A DNA stretch of 32,000 bases from Candidatus Saccharimonadota bacterium. Lineage in GTDB: Bacteria > Pseudomonadota > Gammaproteobacteria > Enterobacterales > Enterobacteriaceae. Each line of letters begins with the position of its first letter. Positions within the stretch are counted from its first letter, which is position 1. The stretch spans positions 60,001-92,000 of the forward strand of contig NZ_AP018162.1 in NCBI RefSeq assembly GCF_004296475.1, in the 5' to 3' direction. A model generated the notes under the pieces. That model was not told the DNA's origin. It ran no database searches and was given only the letters and a program-made list of their open reading frames with translations. A program made the translations under genes and the position numbers. Shown piece by piece: positions 9,603-18,521 of this stretch.

Positions 9603-10519
9603 TAATTTTCATTATAATATTTATTAACTTTTTTTAAATATTCTCTTATTTCTTTAATAGGATGATGTTTAACTATACTTTTATATACTAAATTTGAACT
9701 CATATTATTTATAGTATATACAAAATTATTACTATCACCTAAAAATATATTTATTATACTATTTATTCCTCCATTATATGAAGCTATTGTTATATATCTT
9801 AGTGATTCAGAATTTTCTATTTTTGAAAAATACTTATTTTGAATTATAGATATATAAGCTATACCAATTTCTATATTATGTTCTGGATTAAATAATTCTT
9901 CTTTTTTAAATCTTATTAAATTTTTATAAATATTAAAAACATCTTTAGCTGATTTATTATATAATATTTGCATTAAACCTATAGCTCCAGATTTACTTAC
10001 AGCAAATGAGTTAAAATTAGATTCTGCTTTTATAATAGATAATACTAGTTTTTTATCTATGTTATATTTACTAGAATTTATATCTATTAATTTATTATAA
10101 TTATTATATAAATCTTTATAATAAAGATCTAAAAAATTTAAACTAACAAAATACATATATTTATTATTATATGTTTTTTTTATATTAAAATATCTATTAA
10201 CTATATATTTAGCTAAAATTTCATAATTTGATATGTTTTTATTAACTATATCAATAAAAAATAAATTATTTTTTAATAAAATTTTTACTATTTCTTTTTC
10301 TAAAAAAAATTTTGGATTATCATTATGTAATGTTTCTACAATTAAAATTTTTAAATTAAAATCTATATAACTTCTTATTTTTAAACTTTCAGAATAGTTA
10401 ATATTATTAATTTTATAATTATTCCAGTATTTTTTATTTACACTATAAATATCTTTACATAAAGATATATTTATATTAATAAAAAAAATTAATAATAATA
10501 TAATTATATTAAACGACAT
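9602..10519 (-). CDS. mltC: membrane-bound lytic murein transglycosylase C
   Basis: 305 aa with an N-terminal signal and Cys (NISLC). SLT catalytic block [21 protein letters not shown]. Further blocks [34 protein letters not shown] and [14 protein letters not shown] align with E. coli MltC. It neighbours trmB as in E. coli once mutY-yggX are removed. The stop shares 1 nt with the mnmG start (TAATG). Confidence 0.82.
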   Translation of the reverse strand: MSFNIIILLLIFFININISLCKDIYSVNKKYWNNYKINNINYSESLKIRSYIDFNLKILIVETLHNDNPKFFLEKEIVKILLKNNLFFIDIVNKNISNYEILAKYIVNRYFNIKKTYNNKYMYFVSLNFLDLYYKDLYNNYNKLIDINSSKYNIDKKLVLSIIKAESNFNSFAVSKSGAIGLMQILYNKSAKDVFNIYKNLIRFKKEELFNPEHNIEIGIAYISIIQNKYFSKIENSESLRYITIASYNGGINSIINIFLGDSNNFVYTINNMSSNLVYKSIVKHHPIKEIREYLKKVNKYYNEN

Positions 10520-10593
10520 ATTTATTTTTATAAAATAAAATTAATAATTAATATTTTATTACATAAATATATAAATTAAAATAATAAAAATAT

Positions 10594-11234
10594 ATGATAA
10601 AAAAATATTATAGAAATAAATTAACTGAAAATAAAAAAAAAATTTTATATATTAATAAAAAGTATATTATAAATCATAATAATAAATATATATATTTAAA
10701 TAACTTATTTGATAATAATAATGAAATAATAATAGAAATAGGATTTGGTAATGGAATTTTTTTGTTAAAAATGCAGAATTAAATAAAAATATAAATTTTA
10801 TAGGAATTGATTTTTATGAACCTGGATTAGCATATTGTTTAGATTTAATAAATAAAAAAAAAATAGATAATATAAAAATTATAAATTATGATATTAATGA
10901 AATAATTAAAAAATTAGCACCAAAAAATTTTATATATAAAATAATAATTTTGTTCCCTGATCCTTGGGAAAAAAAAAAGCATAATAAAAGAAGAATTATA
11001 AATAATGAATTTTTATTAAATTCATATTATTTATTAAAGAAAAATACTATACTAAATATAGTAACAGATTCTGAAATATATAAAAATTTTATATTAAATA
11101 TAATTATAGATAGTAAATTATTCATATTAAAAAATGAATTTATATATAAAAATAGTAAATATTTTACTAAATTTGAAAATAAGGCTGTAAAATCAAGTAA
11201 AATGATATGGGATATGAAATTTTATAAAAAATAA
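10594..11234 (+). pseudogene. trmB: tRNA (guanine46-N7)-methyltransferase TrmB, interrupted by a 1-nt frameshift
   Basis: Track ORFs 10594-10782 (..IIEIGFGNGIFLLKMQN*) and 10950-11234 (FPDPWEKKKHNKRRII...) are the two halves. Reading the second frame back to 10752 gives ..KNAELNKNINFIGIDFYEPGLAYCLDL...ILFPDPWEKKKHNKRR. Together these reproduce the E. coli TrmB spacing (GFGMG-14 aa-FLGIE ... FFPDPWHKARHNKRR). The frame switch must lie in 10752-10779, which contains a T7 run (10757-10763) and an A5 run (10767-10771). Confidence 0.8.
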
Positions 11235-11243
11235 AAATTTTTA

Positions 11244-13310
11244 TTAAAGTTTATTTATTAATAATGATATATCAAATATATAATCTAATATATTTTTAGA
11301 TTTATATAATAATAAAACTCTATTTTCTAAAAATTTAGTATTTTTAAATATTTTTACCATATTTAAAAATTTTATTATATTAATAGAAAATTTATATATA
11401 TCATTTATTATATAATCAAATTTATTGTAAATATAATAATATTTATATTTTTCTAAATTATTTATATTAATAAATAATTTATTTTCTAATTTACTATTAA
11501 TTAGTTTTTTTTTAATGTTTAAATTTATTTTTATTAAAGATTTATTATTTAACTTTATTAAGTTAGTTATTCTTTTATATGCACTTATTAATATATATAT
11601 TTTTTTATTTATAAAAAATTTATTTATACTTTTTACTAAATTTTTATATAATAAAATATAATTTAAATTTTTATTATTAATTATTGATTTTATAATTAAT
11701 TTATTATATCCTGCATTAATTATATATAATTCAAATCTAGATAATATTAAATCTCTTATTTTATAAAAAATTAATTTATCTATTATTTTATTATATTTAT
11801 TATAAATAAATATTGATTTATTTATTAATTCCTCTAATGAAATTAATATTTTTTTATTTATTATTATACTTATAATATTATCTACTTTATTTTTAATTAA
11901 TAAAAAATCTTTATTTCCTTTAGGAATATATATATTATTATTATATATACTTACTATAGTACTAAGTTCATCAGATATATATACTATACAAGATTCTAAT
12001 CTTATTTCATCTATAATAAATTTATTATTCCTTATTAAGAAAATATCATTTAAATAATGAGATAAATTTTTATATTTATCTTTTTTTTCTAAATATATTT
12101 TACCTATCAAACAAGATAATTTAGGAAAAAAATATCCTAATTCTGTAACTAAGTCACATTTAAAAAGTAAAGATATTTTTTTTATATTATAAATATTTGA
12201 ATTGCAGAATTTTGATATATATAAAGATAATTTTTCTATTATTTTAATTTTAGTTAATAAATTTTCTTTTTTTATAAATGATATATTTTTTAAATAATAC
12301 AAATATTCAATTAAATTTTTTTTTAAATCTTTATTAATTAATGTATTAATATTATTTATATAGGATTCTATATTATTTTTTATTTTATTTTTTAAAATAT
12401 TAATATTTATAGATTTTGTATTAGATATATATATAATATATGGTAATAAATTATCTTTTTTATATATATCATATATAATAAAACATCTAAATTTTTCTTC
12501 TAATATATATTTTATTATATCTATAGAAATATTATAAAAATTTATTTTTATTAATACTATTATAGGATATTCTGTAGATGATGTTATTATATCTAATAAA
12601 TTATTATTAAAATTTATATATCCATTAATATTTAATATTTTTTTTTTTATATTTCTTAATAAAAATTTCTTTCTATTATCATAATTAGATATTACTTTAT
12701 TTTTATAAAGTAATTTTGAATAATTATCTATATCATTTATAATAATTTTTTTTTTATTAAAAAAATTATTACCATATGTTATATTTGTAGTTTTTATATC
12801 AAAAAAATTTAAATTTAATACTTTATTATTCAATATTAATACTATATTTCTTATAGGTCTTATAAATTTAAATTTATTAAATTTATTCCAATTCATTTTT
12901 TCATTAATATTTATATTAATTAATGAATTATATAATATTAATTTTATTTTATTATTTAATAATATTTTTTCTTCAATAAAAGAAAATAAATAAGATCCAT
13001 TTTTATCTATTAAAATTTTTATATTATTTAAATTATTTATATTATTTTTTTTTATCCAATTATTTATTATATTATTATTATATATTAAATTTGTATTAGG
13101 TCCTTTTTTTTCTAAAAATATATTATTATGTTTTATATTTATTATTTTAAATCCTATTCTATTAATAGTTTCAAATATTTCTATATTTGAATATATTAAA
13201 TTATTTTTTATAAAATTATTATTTATATTTTCTAATAAAATTTTAGATATATTTTTTAAATATTTAGAAGGTATATATTCAACACCTAATTCTATTAATA
13301 AATTATTCAT
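11244..13310 (-). CDS. glyS: glycine--tRNA ligase beta subunit
   Basis: 688 aa (E. coli 689), immediately downstream of glyQ. The N-terminus MNNLLIELGVEYIPSKYL matches the GlyS start (LLVEIGTEELP). The rest is very divergent and low-complexity, so the call rests on length, N-terminus and operon position. Confidence 0.8.
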   Translation of the reverse strand: MNNLLIELGVEYIPSKYLKNISKILLENINNNFIKNNLIYSNIEIFETINRIGFKIINIKHNNIFLEKKGPNTNLIYNNNIINNWIKKNNINNLNNIKILIDKNGSYLFSFIEEKILLNNKIKLILYNSLINININEKMNWNKFNKFKFIRPIRNIVLILNNKVLNLNFFDIKTTNITYGNNFFNKKKIIINDIDNYSKLLYKNKVISNYDNRKKFLLRNIKKKILNINGYINFNNNLLDIITSSTEYPIIVLIKINFYNISIDIIKYILEEKFRCFIIYDIYKKDNLLPYIIYISNTKSININILKNKIKNNIESYINNINTLINKDLKKNLIEYLYYLKNISFIKKENLLTKIKIIEKLSLYISKFCNSNIYNIKKISLLFKCDLVTELGYFFPKLSCLIGKIYLEKKDKYKNLSHYLNDIFLIRNNKFIIDEIRLESCIVYISDELSTIVSIYNNNIYIPKGNKDFLLIKNKVDNIISIIINKKILISLEELINKSIFIYNKYNKIIDKLIFYKIRDLILSRFELYIINAGYNKLIIKSIINNKNLNYILLYKNLVKSINKFFINKKIYILISAYKRITNLIKLNNKSLIKINLNIKKKLINSKLENKLFININNLEKYKYYYIYNKFDYIINDIYKFSINIIKFLNMVKIFKNTKFLENRVLLLYKSKNILDYIFDISLLINKL

Positions 13311-13314
13311 AAAT

Positions 13315-14196
13315 TTAAAAATTTATATTATTAACATATTTATTAGCTAACTTTTTAGATAATTTTTGTATTTCTAAAATATAAAATTCTTTTTCAAAAA
13401 AAGAAAAAATTTTTTTAGAATCTAATATATTAAAATTATGTATTGATTTTAATATAGCTTCATAAGTTGGAATTATTAATGGTGAATTTATTAATAAATA
13501 TTCAGCTTCATTTTTATATTCTATAAATCTATTAAATATTAAATTAATATTAGAATATTTATAATTATATAAAGAATATTCTATTTCATTATAATAAAAA
13601 ATATCTTTATATTTTATACATTTTCCAGATTTATTTATATCCCATATCAACTCATATATATTATTTAAATTTTGTATGAACATTAATATTCTTTCTAATC
13701 CATATGTTATTTCTATAATTGGTTTACAATTTATTCCTCCTACTTGTTGAAAATAAGTAAATTGAGTTATTTCTACTGTATCTAATTGAACTTCCCATCC
13801 TATACCCCATGATGATAATGTTGTATTTTCCCAATTATCTTCTATAAATTTTATATCATGTATCTTTAAATTAATTCCTATATATTTAAGTGATTTTATA
13901 TATAATTCCTGTATATTATTAGGTATTGGTCTTATTATTACTTGAAATTGAAAATGACTATATAATCTATCAAAATTTATATTATTTTTTATTGAATCAC
14001 ATGGCCTTCTTGATTTCTGTATATATATAAAAGAAATTGGTATGTCTTTTAAACTCCATAAAAATGTCATAGGATGCGATGTCCCAGCTCCAACTTCTAT
14101 ATCATATGACTCTATTCTTATAGAATTTACATTTTTAATCCAAAAACTTTTTAATTTATCCAAAATATTTTGAAAAGAATTTTTATTATTAATCAT
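13315..14196 (-). CDS. glyQ: glycine--tRNA ligase alpha subunit
   Basis: 293 aa. Blocks YDIEVGAGTSHPMTF, QKSRRPCDS, HFQFQVIIRP, EDNWENTTLSSWGIGWEV, EITQFTYFQQVGG and ITYGLERI are characteristic GlyQ. Confidence 0.93.
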   Translation of the reverse strand: MINNKNSFQNILDKLKSFWIKNVNSIRIESYDIEVGAGTSHPMTFLWSLKDIPISFIYIQKSRRPCDSIKNNINFDRLYSHFQFQVIIRPIPNNIQELYIKSLKYIGINLKIHDIKFIEDNWENTTLSSWGIGWEVQLDTVEITQFTYFQQVGGINCKPIIEITYGLERILMFIQNLNNIYELIWDINKSGKCIKYKDIFYYNEIEYSLYNYKYSNINLIFNRFIEYKNEAEYLLINSPLIIPTYEAILKSIHNFNILDSKKIFSFFEKEFYILEIQKLSKKLANKYVNNINF

Positions 14197-14199
14197 AAT

Positions 14200-15462
14200 T
14201 TAATCTATATAACTATTTATTTTATTAAAAAATTTTATAAATTCTATTTTTTTATTTCCATATAATTTATGTAATTTATTTAATTTTTTTACATTTAATG
14301 GATTAATAGCTTTTTTTTTGTCCCAAATTTCAAAATGTAAATGAGGTCCAGTTGTTCTTCCAGAATTACCAGATATAGCTATTAAATCTCCTTTTTTTAT
14401 TATTTGTCCTGTTTTTACTAAAGATTTATTTAAATGCATATATTTAGTTATATAATTATTATTATGATCTATAACAATAAAATTTCCAGCATTTTTATCA
14501 TAAGAAACTTTTTTAATTATCCCATCACATATAGAAAAAATTGATGTACCTATAGGTACTTTAATATCTATGCCATTATGAGGAGATATCCTATTTGTTA
14601 TAGGATTTAATCTTTTATTGCTAAAATTTGAAGTTATATTTATTTTTCCAATAATAGGAAAAATAAATTTATTATAATTTACACTATTAGCATTTTGATC
14701 ATAAAATTTATTATCATTTTTCAATTTTAATGCATAATATTTTTTATTATTTGTATATACTTTTATTCCTATTAATTTATTATTAGATTTATTTAAATTA
14801 TATATATTATTATAATTTAGTATTATTATACTAATTTTATCTCCAGTTTTTAATTTATTTATATTTGTAATTTTATTTAATATTGATTTTATAGTTTTTA
14901 TATAATTATCATTTAATATATTTTTTTTTATATTATTTATAAAAAAATTTATGTTAAATAAACTACTTATAATTATTAATTTTTTATTTTTTAGATTTAT
15001 TACTTTTATTTCAATAAAATTATTATTTATACATTCAAATATTATTTTTTCTTTATTTGATACATTCCATATTATTTTACTTATATTTTTATTCTTTAAT
15101 ATAAAAAAATATAATGATTGATTGTATTTAATTTTATTTAACTTAGGAAATTGATTAATTAAATTTTTAATGCTGTTGGTTTTAATATTATTTATAAATA
15201 AAAAATCATATAAAGATATATTTAAACTATTATTATATTTAATAAAATATATATTATCTTTATTATCTTTATTTTTTATATAAAGTAATTTATCTATTTT
15301 TTTAGCATTTAAAATATTTAAAATATTTTCTACATTTGTATTTTTATTATCAATATATTTTTTATTTAAAATTGAATTATTTAATAAAAATATAATTAAA
15401 ATTTTTATTATATATTTAAAAAATAATATTATATTCGATTTATCACTAATCAGCTGTCGCAC
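14200..15462 (-). CDS. mepM: murein DD-endopeptidase MepM (YebA), M23 family
   Basis: 420 aa with an N-terminal TM segment. NITSNFSNKRLNPITNRISPHNGIDIKVPIGT and YMHLNKSLVKTGQIIKKGDLIAISGNSGRTTGPHLHFEIW align closely with E. coli MepM. The ORF opens with GTG at 15462-15460, preceded by the only Shine-Dalgarno-like AAAGG I saw (15476-15472, 9-nt spacing). The exact start is uncertain. Confidence 0.82.
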   Translation of the reverse strand: MRQLISDKSNIILFFKYIIKILIIFLLNNSILNKKYIDNKNTNVENILNILNAKKIDKLLYIKNKDNKDNIYFIKYNNSLNISLYDFLFINNIKTNSIKNLINQFPKLNKIKYNQSLYFFILKNKNISKIIWNVSNKEKIIFECINNNFIEIKVINLKNKKLIIISSLFNINFFINNIKKNILNDNYIKTIKSILNKITNINKLKTGDKISIIILNYNNIYNLNKSNNKLIGIKVYTNNKKYYALKLKNDNKFYDQNANSVNYNKFIFPIIGKINITSNFSNKRLNPITNRISPHNGIDIKVPIGTSIFSICDGIIKKVSYDKNAGNFIVIDHNNNYITKYMHLNKSLVKTGQIIKKGDLIAISGNSGRTTGPHLHFEIWDKKKAINPLNVKKLNKLHKLYGNKKIEFIKFFNKINSYID

Positions 15463-15500
15463 AAAATTATACCTTTATTATTTGTAAAATTATTTATAAA

Positions 15501-15977
15501 TTAACAATTTTTATTTATAAAACAATGAGTTATAGCTATAGCTAAAGCATCTGATTCATCTTTGTTTATGTAAAATGGTAAATTTAATATTTTTTTTACA
15601 CTAATTTGTATTTCATTTTTTTTAGCATTATTTATTCCTGTAATTATTTTTTTAGTTTTATTTGAATTATATTCAAAAACAGGAATATTATAATTTGATG
15701 ATGCTATAATAGCAGCGCTTTTAGCATAACTTAATTTAATAATAGAATTAAAATTTTTACCTACAAATATTTGTTCTATAACTAAATAATTAGGTTTAAA
15801 TTCAACTATTATAGAACTAATTTTAATGTATATATTTTTTATTACTTTAAATAAATTACTTTCATTTTTAAGACTTATAGATCCATTATCTATATGAAAT
15901 AAATTATTTTTATATTTTTTTATTATCCCATAACCTGTAATTTTATATCCAGGATCTATTCCTAATATAATAGACAT
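15501..15977 (-). CDS. ruvC: crossover junction endodeoxyribonuclease RuvC
   Basis: 158 aa. MSIILGIDPGYKITGYGII, VIEQIF, PVFEY and DESDALAIAITHC align with E. coli RuvC. The four catalytic acidic positions (D7, E66, D138, D141 equivalents) appear present. Confidence 0.88.
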   Translation of the reverse strand: MSIILGIDPGYKITGYGIIKKYKNNLFHIDNGSISLKNESNLFKVIKNIYIKISSIIVEFKPNYLVIEQIFVGKNFNSIIKLSYAKSAAIIASSNYNIPVFEYNSNKTKKIITGINNAKKNEIQISVKKILNLPFYINKDESDALAIAITHCFINKNC

Positions 15978-16467
15978 TTAATTTTAAAATTAAAAATATT
16001 AATAATAAATATAATAACATTATTATAATATATTTTATAATTTTAATAAAATAATATATTGATATTTTAAATTTAAAATTTAATGGCCATAATATTTCCA
16101 CCCCCATAGGTGTAAATAAGTCTAATATTATATGTGTAATATATCCTATTATCATTCCATAATATAATGAATTAGATGTAAAATATAAATTTACTATTTT
16201 TTTAAAATAATAATTTAATATTATTAATATTAATAAACTATGAGTAAATTTTCTATGACCTATTTTTTTATTTATTAACTTTGATATAAATTTAATTTTA
16301 CTTCCTATAAATGAATTTGGATGATCTATATCAGGTAATGAAAAAGTTAAAATGCCTCCTATATATAAATATACCCATTCTTCTTTTGATAAATATTTAA
16401 AAAATCCATAATTTTTTATAAAAAAAATACTAGATATTAAAAATATTAAATGTTCATTAAAATTCAT
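15943..16467 (-). CDS. ydjM: inner-membrane metal-dependent hydrolase family protein YdjM (function unknown)
   Basis: 174 aa and polytopic. LPDIDHPNSFIGSKIKFISK, GHRKFTHSLL, GYITHIILDLFTPMGVEILWP align with E. coli YdjM (LPDIDHPKSFLGQRLKWISK, GHRGFTHSLL, GYLSHILADMLTPAGVPLLWP). Overlaps ruvC by 35 nt. Confidence 0.8.
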   Translation of the reverse strand: MNFNEHLIFLISSIFFIKNYGFFKYLSKEEWVYLYIGGILTFSLPDIDHPNSFIGSKIKFISKLINKKIGHRKFTHSLLILIILNYYFKKIVNLYFTSNSLYYGMIIGYITHIILDLFTPMGVEILWPLNFKFKISIYYFIKIIKYIIIMLLYLLLIFLILKLNVYYIRNRSWI

Positions 16468-16565
16468 TTTATTAAGGGTTTAATATTTTGATATTTAAAA
16501 TGTAAAATTTTTAGTTTATTATTAATAATAAATTTATTTTAATATAAATACTATTTATTTTTAAA

Positions 16566-17783
16566 ATGAAAAAAAATAAAATTAATAATAATTTAAGTCA
16601 TCAAATTATAAATAAAAAAATTAATTTATATTATATAAATAAAGATTCTCCAGGAATGATATTTTGGGATGAAAATGGATTATATATATTTGAAGAATTA
16701 AAAAAATTAATAAGAGAAAAGTTATTATTATATTCATATAATGAAGTAAAAACTCCTGTTTTAATAAATAAAAAATTATGGATTAAATCAGAACATTATA
16801 ATTTTTTTAATAAAAATATGTTTTCTATATATAAAGAAAATAGAGAATTTTGTATAAAACCTATGAATTGCCCAGGTCATATATATTTATTTAAAAATAA
16901 ATTAAGATCATATAGTGATTTACCATTAAGAATTTCAGAATTTGGAAATTGTTTTAGAATTGAACCATCTGGATCTTTATATGGATTAATGAGAACAAAT
17001 TCTTTTGTACAAGACGATGCTCATATATTTTGTTTAGAAAATCAAATATATGACGAAATATATAATTGTATATCTATTATTAATAATGTTTATAGTATAT
17101 TTAATTTTAATAAAATTAATATAAAATTTTCAACTAGACCAAAATTTAAAATAGGAGATGATATTTTATGGGATAAGTCAGAAAATTTAATATTAAATAT
17201 ATTAAATAATAATAAAATTAAATTTGATATTAATGTAGGTGAGGGTTCATTTTATGGACCGAAAATAGAATTTATATTATTTGATTATATTAATAGACCA
17301 TGGCAATGCGGAACAATCCAATTGGATTTATTTTTATCTAATAAATTAAATGCTTATTATATAGATAAAGATAATAATAAAAAAAATCCTATAATAATAC
17401 ATAGAGCAATATTAGGGTCAATAGAAAGATTTATAGGTATAATAACAGAACATTTTCAAGGAAAATATCCAGTTTGGATATCTCCAATACAAATTGTTAT
17501 AATAAATATAAATGATAATAATAACAAATATATATTTAATTTATATAATAAATTATTAGATTTAAAAATAAGAGTTAAAATAGATTTAAGGAATAAAAAT
17601 ATAAAATATAAAATAAGAGAAAATATAATATTAAATATACCTTATATAATTGTTATTGGAGATAAAGAAATAAAAAATAATATTTTATCTATAAGAGAAA
17701 GAGATAAAGATTACATTTATACTATAAATTATGAAGAATTTTTAATTAAAATAAAAAATGAAATAAAAAATAGAGTTTTATAA
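16566..17783 (+). CDS. thrS: threonine--tRNA ligase, catalytic and anticodon-binding domains only (N-terminal TGS/editing region absent)
   Basis: 405 aa versus 642 in E. coli. Residue ~10 onward (SHQIINKKINLYYINKDSPGMIFW) aligns with E. coli residues ~243 onward ([24 protein letters not shown]). Zinc-site motifs KPMNCPGH, QDDAHIF and IIHRAILGS are present. The start is preceded by a 98-bp non-coding gap and then ydjM. Confidence 0.9.
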   Translation: MKKNKINNNLSHQIINKKINLYYINKDSPGMIFWDENGLYIFEELKKLIREKLLLYSYNEVKTPVLINKKLWIKSEHYNFFNKNMFSIYKENREFCIKPMNCPGHIYLFKNKLRSYSDLPLRISEFGNCFRIEPSGSLYGLMRTNSFVQDDAHIFCLENQIYDEIYNCISIINNVYSIFNFNKINIKFSTRPKFKIGDDILWDKSENLILNILNNNKIKFDINVGEGSFYGPKIEFILFDYINRPWQCGTIQLDLFLSNKLNAYYIDKDNNKKNPIIIHRAILGSIERFIGIITEHFQGKYPVWISPIQIVIININDNNNKYIFNLYNKLLDLKIRVKIDLRNKNIKYKIRENIILNIPYIIVIGDKEIKNNILSIRERDKDYIYTINYEEFLIKIKNEIKNRVL

Positions 17784-17790
17784 TATAAAA

Positions 17791-18306
17791 ATGAAAATAA
17801 AAAATAATTATAATAAAAACAATTTGGATAATATATATAATAAAAAAATAAGACTAATTTATGAGGATGAAAAATCTGAAATTATATATTATAAAGATGC
17901 TTTAGATAAAGCTAATGAATTAAGTTTAGATTTAATTTTAATAAATTCTAATTCTATACCTACAATATATAAAATTATGGATTATGGTAAATATATATAT
18001 GAAAAAAAAAAGAAAATAAAAAATAATAAGATAAAAAAAATAAATGTAAAAGAAATAAAAATAAAAATAAATATATATGAAAGAGATTATCAAATAAAAT
18101 TAAAAAAAATACTAGATTTTTTAAAAAAAAAAAATAAAGTTAAAATTACCTTAAAATTCAAAGGTAGAGAAATAATACATAAAGATATAGGAATAGATAT
18201 ATTAAAAAGAATATGTAATGATTCTAAAGATTTATCTAATATAGAAAATTTTCCTAAAAAAATAGAAAGTAAATATATATCATTATTTTTAATACCAAAA
18301 AAATAA
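17791..18306 (+). CDS. infC: translation initiation factor IF-3
   Basis: 171 aa. LDLILINSNSIPTIYKIMDYGKYIYEKKKK aligns with E. coli IF3 ([30 protein letters not shown]). Conserved thrS-infC-rpmI-rplT order. Begins with ATG here. Confidence 0.9.
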   Translation: MKIKNNYNKNNLDNIYNKKIRLIYEDEKSEIIYYKDALDKANELSLDLILINSNSIPTIYKIMDYGKYIYEKKKKIKNNKIKKINVKEIKIKINIYERDYQIKLKKILDFLKKKNKVKITLKFKGREIIHKDIGIDILKRICNDSKDLSNIENFPKKIESKYISLFLIPKK

Positions 18307-18317
18307 ATTTAAAATTA

Positions 18318-18521
18318 ATGAAAAAAAATAAAATAAAAACATTATGCAGTGCTAAAAAAAGATTTAAGAAAATAAAATATAAAAAATTTAAACATAAAAG
18401 CTCTAATATAAGACATATTTTAACAAAAAAATCTTCAAAAAATAAAAGAAAATTGAGAAAACATTCTATTGTTTCTAAAAATGATGTTAATTTAGTAGAT
18501 AAATGCTTACCATATAAATAA
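18318..18521 (+). CDS. rpmI: 50S ribosomal protein L35
   Basis: 67 aa. KTLCSAKKRFKK...FKHKSSNIRHILTKKSSKNKRKLRK...CLPY matches L35. Confidence 0.92.
   Translation: MKKNKIKTLCSAKKRFKKIKYKKFKHKSSNIRHILTKKSSKNKRKLRKHSIVSKNDVNLVDKCLPYK

Noticed and set aside
10950-11234. Track ORFs 10594-10782 and 10950-11234 treated as two independent small genes
   Set aside because: They are the N- and C-terminal parts of one TrmB homologue separated by a frame change. The 'M' at 10950 is an artefactual TTG start inside the conserved FPDPW motif.
15451-15462. Local G+C spike CAGCTGTCGCAC (8 of 12 bases) in otherwise A/T-only sequence, considered as a tRNA fragment or structured RNA
   Set aside because: It is too short and has no flanking complementary arm. 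It is explained as the first codons of mepM (GTG CGA CAG CTG), preceded by an SD-like AAAGG.
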